Assembly (NCBI GenBank): GCA_040954595.2
Contig: CM082587.2
Span: forward strand, 3,170,275 to 3,234,274
Length of the DNA: 64,000 nucleotides
Reading direction: 5' to 3'
Origin: Balanoglossus misakiensis
Taxonomy: Eukaryota > Animalia > Hemichordata
Shown here piece by piece: positions 28,326 to 40,950 of this stretch. How positions within the stretch are numbered: the stretch's first letter is position 1; each line of letters opens with the position of its first letter. Under the pieces are notes generated by a model, which was not told where the DNA came from, did not search any database, and was given only the letters and a program-made list of their open reading frames with translations. Both the position numbers and the translations under genes were made by a program.

Positions 28326-29429
28326 TGCACTGATGCTGAAAAATGCATACAGACATTTATGTATGCATGGTATACACATACATGTACACACTTGATTAAT
28401 ATATAATTATAAGAGATTATATTTTACATCACTATCATGGAGTATTTCACATAGAACAGCAATATTTAGTTCAGGACAAAAACAGCCGTAATGCAGAAAC
28501 AAAAATTTCTAAGGGGTCAAAGTTGTAATCATTTTATGTAAAGTTAGGGAATACTAACAACATGGCGGCATAACAGTGTGATTCAATCGTATTTATTGAA
28601 GTCAGGGGGGAAAAACGGAAGTTTTTACGAGTTTTTGGCTGTGTTAACTGAACACGGATACATTTAATTTATTGAAGAAGGGCTTACAAATGAACAAGAT
28701 GTTTCTTTTTCTCGCTTGCTTGGATAACACGGACGCAAAGTACAGTAAGCATGCAGTGTACAGGAATCTTTCTGAGACAGACTGTCGAGCCTTTTATTTT
28801 ATCAACAGTTGATTTTAGCATTGATAGCAATAGATTTTCATGGTGGCCGGCAACAGATGCTGCCGGACGCTGATCTGTTCTGATCGTCGGACAGGGCCAA
28901 CCAACACCAATCGGCATCATCAACCAAACCCAGCCCTGCCCGTAAATGCCTGAATAAGTTCAGCCATAAAAATATCTCAACATCGATCAACATCACTACG
29001 TTACTCAAATAACAAGTTACGAATAAATCCAGTAAAAAATGTGTCAAACAATCAATGTATAAAAAATGTAATGCCTGCCTAGCTTGAACTTGAAGAAACT
29101 TGGGATCTATCATCTAGCTGTCTTCCCTTTCCAAGTTCTGTAAAATATTTTCAGATGTACACTTGAATGATCAGTGTCTTCTGCTGTACCTCCGTGTTGG
29201 CATCTGGTACATCCAAAAGCATTAAATGAAAGACAGTCCACCTGAACATACTCATGATGTGGCAGCTAGCTGGAGACACTTGTAGTTTGAAGCTTGCAAG
29301 TTTAGAAAATGGCGGCAAAATGACTTTGGCCAATTACTAGCTTTGTTTCACATCACCTGATATCAATTAAGGTTAACCAAAGTTGGAGGTCAATTCTTGT
29401 GTCCCTGCTGCATGGATTTGTACTTTGAG

Positions 29430-29702
29430 AATTATTCTTGCATCATTTCTGCATAGAGAAAAGCCTTGCATCTTTGCGGCTACTTTGCGGCAAGCTCTTG
29501 TGTCCTTATTGCAAAGATTACCACCTCTACTGCAGAGCCACATTTAGTTGCGACCTGCCGCATTGCCTCTGCTGCAGAGACACTCTCTGCGAGAACACCA
29601 CAGCGTGTCTGCAAGAGCACCACAATGCCTTCACAGCAGAACTGCTGCAGAGCTGCTGAAGGCTGCTGCAGAGCTGCTGCTTTGTTCGCATTTTTGTAAG
29701 GG
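29430..29702. repeat. Right subterminal repeat region of the CMC-like element
   Basis: Several GCNGC-rich motifs, including ctgctgcagagctgctg at 29642-29658 and 29663-29680, which are inverted relatives of the motif at the start of the satellite. Confidence 0.65.
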
Positions 29703-32700
29703 GAGAGACAGTTTATTCGTCAACATGGACAAGCAGAAGCGCAGACATTATGACATTTCATAGGCCACTCTTTAGCCCCTAGCTCGTGGGCAGCAAAGCT
29801 ATTACAAAATGTTGCAACACTTCATGCTAGCTGCAACAATATAATATGTCGTCACAAAATGCAGTGCTTCAGCAGGGTATTTTCGCTGCAGGGCCAAGCA
29901 AACGAACCCGGGGCGCTCTCCTTGACTTTGTGCATTAATCCGCCGTTGTGGAGCTTGAGTTTTTGAGTGCATTGTACATCTAATTGAAAATTTACAGCGG
30001 AAAGAACACGCTATATCCATTCACCTGCTGCGAAAACGCAATTACCAAAAACCTCAAAATACAGTTTTAAACTTCGAACCGATATCATGCAGAGCTCCTG
30101 AGCAAGCAATGTGATTAGCATATTTTCAAATAAACTGCGCAGATCTCTGTACGCATGCGTTGGAATAGTTTTTATGAGTTGCCTCCAGAAATATGAGAGT
30201 GCGTCGTCGTGTATGCAAATAACGCAACGATTCACATTGTTTCTGTGTTTGGCATCCATCCATTAAAAGCCTTATACCAGCCAAACTCATAAACAATTGC
30301 TGCTACTCAGAAAACATCCAACAACTATTGACAGGTATCATAGAATTGCAATATCGACCGAGAAGTGATAAATTTCCTGAGGTAAGACGCAGATATAATT
30401 TTCTGACATGCATTAAGACCGTGTGATGAGATGAAAGATCACATCGTCTAGGTAAAGGTCCCGGTACAATGTTCATTTGATTTCACGTCAATTGGAATTG
30501 AGGTGAAAGTATGGCTGAGCGAAGAATATTTAGGTCCTTGCCACATTTAATTGCGCGTAGGATGTCTACATCAGACGCCGGGGACTTTTCAGGCCCATTC
30601 AGATTAACCTCTGTGATGTACTGTTCCTGTGCGTGATTGCCTTCAAAATTGGCAAACCTCGGCAGAGGACCACTTTCCCGGTGCCAAACTGTTCAGGAAG
30701 TTGACACATCAAATGTGTAGTTTGGCGTGAGAGTACCACTGATTGATTCACACGAGAGCTGCGGAATCTCACGAGAATAGCATCGGCACCCACGCTGAAG
30801 GAAATGATTCTATGCTTGTAGCAGACGAGATCACTTCGGAACACCTGTCTCGTTAATACAGTTACTTGATTTCTGAAAATGTTTTCCCGGTATATAAAGT
30901 TACAGTCGCAAATCGAAAATAAGTTCTGCCAGTAACCAGTGGGAGGGTTATGCTGCAAATGAAGTTTGAAATGAAAAGTGTCCACCTCCGTCACTTGCGC
31001 TATTTTGCTGTTGAGATATTTTGTTTACTTTTCGCACCTTGCGTTCCTGTCTTTTACGCGGGAAACCCGAGCATAACTTTGACACGGGGGCACCGAAGGA
31101 GCTCAAGTGCCCTCTCCGCTGCCCGTACATATTCGCTAACCCTCCCCCTAGAAATAACCCCATGCCCCTCCTCTTCTTATCTTTCAAAAACTCGACATAC
31201 AGCCCCACAGCTTTTCTCTGGGGCTCCGGCTGACTTTCCAGACGACTAACTTTTTTTTCGCGGCAGGAAAATGGCCCGTGCGTGGGCGATGCCATCAATA
31301 AGTAAACGCTTTATAGAATCATTCACGATGGAAATTTTACGTTATATGATACACGTTACTTGGTGGAACATCGGGACTACGTATCGGTTTAATTTCGCTG
31401 CCAATTGTGGAGAACCTCAAACACGATTTTGATTGTTGCGAAAACCTGCTGAGTAAAAGATTAAACCCCTTTTCAAGCAATCAGGGATCTTTGTTAACTG
31501 GTAACCTTCAGCCTATTGATGTTATTGTGACAAATTGAATCAGTGTACGAGCCCCGGCATCATGAACTCAATAACTGTACATCAATTTCACCTGAGTAGT
31601 TTGTTAGACGCTATTGATTATCTGTGGCCCGGAACTTCGGAAAAAAACACACAGCCAAATCAGTCCAATACAGGTTGTCTAAGATTCCACACATGTAGGA
31701 AAGTTTACTGTAATAATGGGTGCGCCACAGTCATCAAGAGCATCATAACTTGACATGATCACTTTTTTGCTCGTAATTATTACTGCCGTTTCCATGTGCC
31801 CTGACCAAGCCCGCTCTTACACGACGTGATCAAAGGCATGTTAGCCGAGTACGGTAACGACTCACTTAGGAAATCATAGTCTTTTGTTGTACAGCAAGTC
31901 AAAAGTTGAATAAACAACGGCGTGACGCCAGACCGATGGTTGTTTTTTCCCCTCCGAGCCAAACCTCTCAAAATGATTGCTGATGATGACTTCTGTCAAG
32001 GCGGGATTGCTGAACACGTTTCTGCTGTTCGATTGCACTACATTTAGAACAGGGCGAGAGTAATTTGAACTGCGGCCCTCAAGAGTGGTTTTATAACCTT
32101 CCAACGTCGTCACACATCAAACAGAAGAATAACAACTTTTTTGATGGCAGCTCCAAAGTTTAGTTCTTAAAAGAAACCTACATAAGGGTGTTGCAATTTA
32201 TTGTGTTCTTGTTCGAAATTCTGATGATGGAATGGGATAGTGGTCTCCTTATTGATAGTACTTTACAAGAGATCGGGTCACAAAGAAAACACATCTTTTT
32301 CTTTGCGGTCGAGCGTAAATATATTGACATTAAAAAGCCTCAAGAACATTAATCTGCCTTTAAACATCTTAACGTTGAAAAATAGATAGTTCTGTTTGCA
32401 GAAAACTCGAAAAACAAACTCCCCGTGTATGTGAGTTTGTTGTCTGTGTAAATAGACGAAGAAAATGATTGCTTTATTCGTGTAGTTGAAAAACGCGAAA
32501 GATGTATTAATATGGAGTGGGGCAGTACTGTAAAGGCGTTGCAGCCCGATTGAGGACATGTGGATACGGAAAGTGGGGTATCAATCATCACTGTTACGAT
32601 CTCACAAGTTGTACGTGTGTCAGTGCAGCTGATGTTCAGCTTACTTAGATTGATTGATGTACAAACAGAACCACGCATTCAGTGTTTGCAAACGAGTCAG

Positions 32701-32721
32701 ACATACACACTCTCCCTTCTC

Positions 32722-32770
32722 GTTCTCGCTGTCTCTGTCTGTCTATCTGTCTCTCTCTCTCTCACACACA
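32722..32770. repeat. Compound (TC)/(TCTG)/(CA) microsatellite
   Basis: gtctctgtctgtctatctgtctctctctctctcacacaca. Confidence 0.8.
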
Positions 32771-35337
32771 TACAAATAACAGGTGCGAATGGCTGATATG
32801 CCGTAGCGTGCTGCAAGGACTCAAACGTGACGTGATGTCAGTGACAGAACACTTCGTTGGCGAAGTTCAAGGCCCCGGTCTCGGCGATCGAAGTACAGAG
32901 ATCAAGTTGCAAACCTAATTGTCATTCATCAATGGCGACATCACAATGACATGAAATTTACAACCCGTTCCAATGACAGGGACTTCGTTTTTTTACTTCA
33001 AATTGTTTTCCCGCCAAGATTGTGCGACTGGATGTCAGTGTGTCCCCGAAACACAGATAATGATCGCCCGGAAAGGGTAAACATTTAACATGCATTTAAA
33101 GTTTTATAATAAACGTTCAGTAAAAGTAGGGTTTTTTTTACAATGAAACTAATGAGAACAGATTCTAACGCTAATAACAGCCTAACAGGAAATTGGCTTA
33201 CTTAGCATTTTCCACGTAAAACATTTACATGTTACATTTTGAAAGTTCTTCATGCTAACCTAATTTTCATCATCTAGAGTACACAAGCACCATTTTCCTT
33301 TATTTTACAGTTTACTAACACGAATAAGCATATTTTCTTTTGGAAACTAGGAAACCAATCTATTTTGACCATTCATACTGAAATAATATGGATAATAGGA
33401 TGTACAAAACTCCAGAATACATGTTCTGTGGACGGATGTGGCGAGTGACGTGAACTGCGAATAGTTGTCAGTATTGCATTCACAGTTTACGAGAAAAGGA
33501 TAAAGGCGTTTATTGGAAATTGACTGAGAACACGTGAAACGCTGGTGATAATAATAAACCCGTTCGAATAATTGATAGGGCTGGTGAAAAGCATATTGCT
33601 TCGTTTCAATCATTTCCGAGATGAACACACGCACACATGTCACGGTGAAATTTGGAGAGTATCGTTGCAATGTTGCGGTTAAAAGGCCTAAGAAAAGACG
33701 ACCATGCACATTCGACGACGTCATGTCTCAGATTGACCGTAAAATATTGGTTCGCTGTATTGAAAATATCCTTAATGCCCATATGCATGCACTTGCAGAT
33801 GATTTGAATTTTCGATAGTCTGCTAACGTGACGCGAGCACACAAAAAAATCATTGATATTTCTATCGACTGCGGACATTATACACTAGGAATTATTTTTA
33901 ACAAAAGAAAGACGAAGAGAGAGAAGTGAAATGTTACTGAACACGGTGAACAGTTCACAGTTTGATGTTTGTCTCGGTTGAGTTCTCGACAAAACGACAC
34001 ATCAACGCGGCACTCACAACGGCGTTCTTAAACGTGCTCCTTTTGTCGAAAATTGATGACGCTGGATTGTCGAACTGTGGTATTTTTAGATAACGCATTA
34101 CCTAAAGAAATGGAACTACCGTACCTTCTTGGTGTAATTTTACTCTCCCATGTATAACTTTTTTTCCTCCGCGAATCAGATTTCATTTCTCTTCCTCTGT
34201 TTTCCTTTGAAAAATAATCGAACAAAAACGCACTTCATGGAAGTATGTAAATAATCACGGTCCACAAGTTTTGGATCGATCCGGATGCTCGTGTGGACAA
34301 GAAGAAATAGATATGTTTATGGAAAAGGACGGGCGTCCTTCAAAGACACCGATAATGCACTTTTGCCCAATTTCACGAAATGGAAGCAATGTCAGCTAAA
34401 AGGGTTTCTTCTTACCCATAAGGCGTAAAAAGAACTCTGAAATATTACACGAAATGGTTGTGATTCCAAGAAGCGATAGAGAGGCCGAACCAGTCATCGT
34501 CGATGCCAAAGTCCCCACAGATCAAGCCACCTATAGCGATCACCGTGAAAGAAATTGATGTGTATTACATGTATGTTATGTTATGGAGCATTGTTCTTGT
34601 GCCAATTTTCAGTCAAACCAGTTAAGAAAAGACTGAGAAATGACAAACAAATGCGAAACACTGCATTTGGTTTATTGACAATGGATATAGACCACAAGAA
34701 ACGGTGTATAATTACAAGGGAATGCCGACAAGCTTGTGGTAGAGAATCTCCTGCGTATTTTGACGGACGCCATGGGTTTTGTAAAGAATCTATCTCTTGA
34801 CAAAACAAATGTTCCAAAGCTACAGTATTAGCGAGGGATTATTAATGGCAGTTATAACAACCACCAGGAGGGGGTGTCCGTTACAATTATCAATCAAAAC
34901 ATTTTGACTGATAATGCAGCCCCTGTCTTGGCTTTAGTGCTAATATCGTTATCAGCATCTGTGATTAAAACTTTGGCACCGCAGGCGGACAGCGTCAGCA
35001 AAAGGAAATATCTGGCAGATTGTAAGAGGAAAAAAATGTAACGGTGACAGTGTGTACGGTTTCTTTCAATTGACCGCGGGCTTCGGGGCAAAAGACGTTA
35101 TTAAAAATAACCTTTACACATATTGCAGGATATAGAAATGATATATTGGCCGCCTCTGTGCTCTGCGGTTTAAATGATTGTAAGTATGGAGGTGTTCTCG
35201 ACTGTATCAACATTGTAAAACGCTGTGCCGTGTCCTTCATCCTTGCAGGAATCTTATATTTTTGCGGAACTTGGCAAAATGTCATGGTTTCGAACATTCT
35301 ATCATTAATTATGGACGTGATTATAGTCATGATTTTC

Positions 35338-35466
35338 TATGTATGTACCGTATGTATGTATGTATGTATGTATGTATGTACATGTATGTATGTATGTATG
35401 TATGTATGTATATGTATGTATGTATATACATGTATGTATGTATGTATGTATGTATGTATGTATGTG
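35338..35466. repeat. (TATG)n microsatellite
   Basis: Long tatgtatg run with a few interruptions; it generates the spurious MYVC/HTYI ORFs. Confidence 0.95.
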
Positions 35467-38400
35467 TGAAGACTTGACATACACTTAAAATATTTGCCAG
35501 TCGAATGTATTGATATACAAGAACAATAGCTGAACGACGTCTCAATCATTCAAACGCCACTCGCTATCTGCGATGCTTTCGCCAAGCGATCACTGTTAAT
35601 AAGGCAAAGCACATTGAGTGCAATATAATGAAGTTTGATAATTAAGAATTGTATCTAAGCGAGTGAGTTCTGACACGAGGGCGATTTTAATGATTGATAG
35701 GTCATTTCGGAGTCCCTAAATTTCGTTTAATTTGATAAAGGAAAGGCCATGAGTACAAATGTCTACAGCTTGCGACAGCCACTGACTGAACTCCCCTTTG
35801 ACGTAATATTAGAGACTCCGAATGTTTATCGAATAGTTCGAAGTCCGGTGTGCGAGTGCGTAGATTTGATCGTTACCATGGTGATAAGAAAACCGAGGGA
35901 GCCAAGTGGAAATGTTGCTCGTGCTACCCAAAGACACCATCAAACAAACTTTAGATTTGTCTTGATAGCCTTGAACCTCATACTTTTTTTGTCCTGTCAT
36001 CAATTCGAATATATGGGCATTGTAACCCTGTATTGAGCCGTTAATTTAGTTGTCGTGACACAGACACCGGAATATTGTGTCTGTATATTGCTTTGGATGT
36101 GAATAGCGCTTTCTGATGTTCATCCACGGTTGACAGATGGATCTCTTGGGATCAGGCGAGCGACTTTACGTAATGGAAGTGCGTGATTTTAAAGGCGCGC
36201 CTTATTTATCAGCGTTTATCTAAAATCAAACGGGTTAACTTGATAAGTATTAGAATGGAACACACAGGCTTCACACCATGTACCACACAAATATTCAATG
36301 TCAACAAGACCTTATTGCAGGAACCAGGGTATGAAAATACCCCCTTTAGTGCCATAATCCAGACATTGTGGTTAAACACTGTCGTATGTTTAGGAGTTTG
36401 TTCTTGTGGGTTCTGCGTTACCACGGTCACTCCACACCTTCGTATCGTGGAGAGAAATTAAGCAACAGCCTTTTTCTCAAGACTACTAATTTGTCATCGG
36501 TACAAATGAACTGGACGTGGGACTCAGCAATAATTCGGTTAACACCATTAAAGGTTGTAAGAAAAAGAAAGCTATTTGTTGCACATTGCAGCGGAATCCC
36601 TAATGAAAGTATATATGATTAATTTAGCCCAGCCACTTACCCGAAGTCACGAGAAGAAAGCGCAACTTGGCGGGGTTAATGCGAGGCAGTGACTTTATTA
36701 AAACTGTGAACCCTCTTCCCCAAGCAAGCATAAATTTCGCTTAAACAAACACGATTAAATGTTAACGAAGTAATAAAGTCTGATTTTGGCGACTTTGTGT
36801 GCAATGGTTATTTATCGACACGCCTTAATATACATGCATATCCTGCTACACATTGCCACTCTATAAACGTGACATCAGGTTGGGCCCATTCAGTCAAAAG
36901 TAAACATGATACGAAACACACCCACTGGTTATGTCTTTTTTTTCTCTGACTGAAGCTCGAAAATAGTCGCCAGTTTCCTGTTTTTGTGCCAGTGAGGAAT
37001 CGATGGAGTTGTTCATCAGACTGCCATGTTTTTATGTTATTGTAAGGCCTGGTCCTGGCTAAGGAAGTCAGGTCCCACTGTCAAAAATATCCTCATGCCA
37101 ATTTGTAGAGTTACTGGTTGTTATGGGCTGCCTTGTGTTCCATTCGCATGAGTTGTGTAACTATTAGAAGGTTTATTCTTCCGCATAAAGGGTTGATCTG
37201 GCTTAGGTGATAGGGGGAAATTAAAAAGTTTGTAACTATCCTCATCTATTTGATATTAAGTAATACTTTCTTATTCCAATCCCACACAGAACATTCCAAC
37301 TTAAATTACAGAAACGTCACACTAGCCGGTTTTGTTCACTGGAAGCTATTACGTCTATTGTGCTGACCTTTGTCGACAAGAAACTGTGTGGGAGGATGTT
37401 TCTTTTACGGTACATTCCCTTGGCAGTCGCGCAAAAGCTCATACATGTCTAAATCTGCTTGTATTTCTTAAGTACACATCGGACTGGATCATACAAAATC
37501 GATAGTGTTTCTGCCTTAATATTGTCAATAATGGGTGCAAAATCAATTGCCCGGAGATGTTCAGATGGTTTAAACTTCGTTCTAGTCTCCCAAAACGATA
37601 TGCCACGCAAATTGCATACGATGGTAAATTTAGCTCTATCGTAATTAAATTTGCGGTAGGCGCGGAGTACCTGCCAGCTATCTAACCACAGCCCCCGTTT
37701 ATTGATTTTACTTATCAATAAAAATATGATATGAATTCCCCAGCTTTTACAGTATTTGGATTCCAGGCAGGCAACATGCCTCCATTTGGTCGAGGAAAAA
37801 GCTATTTCCACCAGCACGGCTCATGGCATTTAAATATACAACTTGAAAATAAAAATAACATACATTCGAGTCCCCCCCCCTCTCCGAATGCTGGTTAGTA
37901 CGCGTCGTTTGGCAAATCTGCATACGTACCGGTATATGTGGATATAAAAACTGATTGCCGTTGCACTGAAGAAACAAATTATATGGAAAATCGACCGAAG
38001 TCTATGTAAGATTCTTTATTTTTGTCTGTGTCCTTTCACAGAAAAGATTCATCAAACCTGAAAATTGTTCTGCATTAACACTAGGCGGATGCAAATGCGC
38101 CGTTTTAGAAATCACGCTTTGGGATGTAGACAGAGAAAAATACACATTTCTCAATGAAAACCTTTAAACGAATATTAAGCGTTTATTAACATAGTTATGC
38201 ACACAACTTATAGATAAGACACGTTCATACATTATGAGAATGTCAAAATCGACTCTTTTCACGAAGGGATCTGCTGTTCTGAGTTTCAGGAGGCCCGAAT
38301 TAAAAGAAAATGAAAAGAAACCAAATTGCCAGACTTGCGCGGAACAAAGCAGGTCACCCATCAATGGTGAAAAAACATTTTAAAGTCAATTCGTGTTGCA

Positions 38401-40745
38401 AATATTAAGTCTATACGCGCAGTATTCATGTACACACAACAAATATTGGCTCATTTCTGACACGTTTGGATATTGTGCGAACATCGACATGCAAATTTTG
38501 TGCTACGGAGGTCTTTGAGAAACACGCCAATTTATCAAACAAGCGCTATTCGCCCTTAGGTTTGCCGGACGTGGGTTTGAAAGCGCCATAATTTTGCTGG
38601 AATACTCATAGTCGCCCATTCTTTCGCGAATCAGAAGATGAAATTCGTCAATGTCACGTCACGATGTTGACAGTGTCACGGGTCAGAATTTTGGAGTATT
38701 TTTTTTCTCCTGCAGAGAGACTGGATGTGCTTCAGTTACAGACATCAGAAGAGATGATAACGAGCGTTCTTGTCGGTGTACTTCTCTCTCTCTCTTTTAC
38801 ACAAAAACAAAAACAACCACATCCAAATTGATTTATGCGGAATCACAAAGAGTAGAAGATGTCAACAAAGAGCAATAAAGTACACCAATTCAAGATGGTT
38901 AGTGCCAGATCGGAAACATTGGCGATCATTATCCGGTGAAAATTGAAATGATAATGATGAAAGTTCTCCCCAGAGGCACATTAACCAAATCCCTCATGAA
39001 CTCTGGCCGTGTAAGTAGAGCTTGCGATGATTGAAGAAGATATTTCATATCGGAGAGAATGGGTTGTTACTGGGTAGTTGGTCGACGCTTACACCGGTGT
39101 AGGGTTGCTCGGCAGTTAGTCTTATATTCTGTTATTGTCTGCGGGTAACGTCACGAATGAGTCCACGGCATGGCATGTCGAAAGTGAATTCAGTTTTCAG
39201 TCTTCGTTTCTAGTCTGCAACTGATGATTTATCGGTTACGTTTTATAGTTCACAAACCACCGCCAGGGCAGGAGTCTTTTGCATGGCAAAGTTCGCAATA
39301 CTCAACGTCAATATATCTGATGTATTGTGTGCCTGTTGTGACCGACCTTATTTTCTCTCCAAAAACTCCCTCTATGGCCAGATTTGGTACATGCCAACCA
39401 TCACATAAGAGAGAGAGCTATGATCATTTAATTCAATTAATATACAGAGTTGTTCGAAGTACTTTGGGGGAAAGTATCAGATATAAACATTCTACCGAAG
39501 GAAGTGTAGAAAATTAATCAGAAATGACAGTTTAGTGAATTCAACACATTTTAACAAACAAAGTATGTTTGTTCTTTTTTGCAGTTTCCTGAAATTGGTG
39601 ATGTCTGTTTAGGTCATCAAATGTCATTCCTTTCTTTCAGCTGGTAAAAAAGACTAAATAAAAAACCCAACTGCAATTCCAGATATTACTCAGATATATT
39701 TCGCAGGTGGTCGCGCTTGAATCAAGTTGACACCGGCGCGAGCTGAGCGCGTGGGGTTACACTCGAAGAGAATGTAGCTGTCGGTCATGCAGGAATCAAT
39801 ATTGCACTGCGCACGGGGAGCAAATTGGTTCTTCTTGTTGAGCTCCGCGGTAATATCGGACACGTGTTAATATGTCGACGGCGAGCAGGTTGAATGAAGT
39901 GGTTCGTTCATTTTCGTTGCTTTGTGTTGGAGGATGCTTATTTTCCGAGCATGCCATTGTGTGGTGTTTTGCCTCCGTGATTAATTGCCCACGCCACAAT
40001 CGACGGGGAATCGATGCTGTGGATGCGATACACTGAACACACACGCACAAAAACACGCGACCTCAATAGAACACGACAGTACTGTATATTATTACGCGAC
40101 CACTTTCAAAGCGAGAGTAATAACTTTCGATGAGAAGGCTACGCTTGTCGTTTGTGAAGTATGAGAACTTGTTTCGAAAATTATTTCAATTCCGCGTTAC
40201 TTCTTCACTCAAAAAAAAACTCGCAGAGAAATGCAATCAGTATTTTGTTACTAGGCTTTTATGTCGCACGGTGTACCTTTTCGACATAAGTGGTCCATAA
40301 AGCTATTTTGGATGTCCAAATCGTTTGCTGAAGAATGCCACCAGTTTAACAAGGATGTTTGGCAGCCAAATCAATTTCCTGTGGACGAGCAAAGTTTCAT
40401 CTTCGCGAGACAGTAATAGATCTTTAAAATTTTCCTTAACGTCTACTAGGCATATTCAACGGGTATAATGACCTGAAGCCACAGAGGGAGAGGAAAAAAC
40501 CCCTCAAAAATTCATGAAATCCTAAGCCTCAAATATTGTGTAAATCTTACATCAAACAGTTAATTATTCAAGATGTGGATCATCAATTATAGATGGAAGC
40601 CCTGTGCATGAAGTGAACCTTTTTACAGACGAAGGATTCTACAACGTCGCTGTATCAATTGCTCCAATCAGCAGTAGGTGTGCAGATCAAGAGTGTGTGG
40701 CAACTATCGCACTTTTTATTGATGTTTTAAAGTGTGAAGCCAGTA

Positions 40746-40950
40746 CAAATCTGGTTTAAATTAGCAATTACAGTTTCAATCACCACCACCACAATAACAA
40801 CAAACACCCTCGCCGCCGCTTATAAACCAAAACCACCACCACCACCCACGCCGCCACCACCAAGAACACCAAAAACCACCACCCTCGCTGCCGCCAAAAC
40901 AAAACCACCACCACCACCACCAAATCACCACCTCCATAATCATCATCATT
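40746..40950 (+). repeat. ACC-rich low-complexity repeat, two tandem units; related to 63081-63196
   Basis: caaatctggttt leader, then two units containing caccctcgc(c/t)gccgc followed by aaaaccaccaccacc, ending cacctccataa. Confidence 0.75.

Larger units (their letters stand above)
22760..29702. mobile_element. Non-autonomous CACTA/EnSpm (CMC superfamily)-like DNA transposon carrying an internal satellite
   Basis: Left terminus CCCTTATGAAAAT (from 22760); right terminus ATTTTTGTAAGGG (to 29702), reverse complement CCCTTACAAAAAT, 11/13 match. GA flanks both sides (22758-22759 and 29703-29704), a candidate 2-bp TSD. The motif GCAGCAGCTCT(G/A)CA occurs subterminally at both ends in opposite orientation. 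No transposase ORF seen. Confidence 0.72.

Noticed and set aside
22804-28391. About 25 near-identical Cys/Ala-rich minus-strand ORFs (MYWLRQGCGS...)
   Set aside because: By-products of a 163/164-bp repeat that is not a multiple of 3; the frame shifts every monomer and there is no recognisable domain or gene structure.
34973-34995. REST/NRSE-like half sites (GGCACC...GGACAGCG)
   Set aside because: Left half mismatched and spacer non-canonical; far from the putative promoter.
35146-35549. ORFs rich in MYVC/HTYI (also 60965-61316, and FIHS at 11192-11566)
   Set aside because: Translations of tetranucleotide microsatellites.
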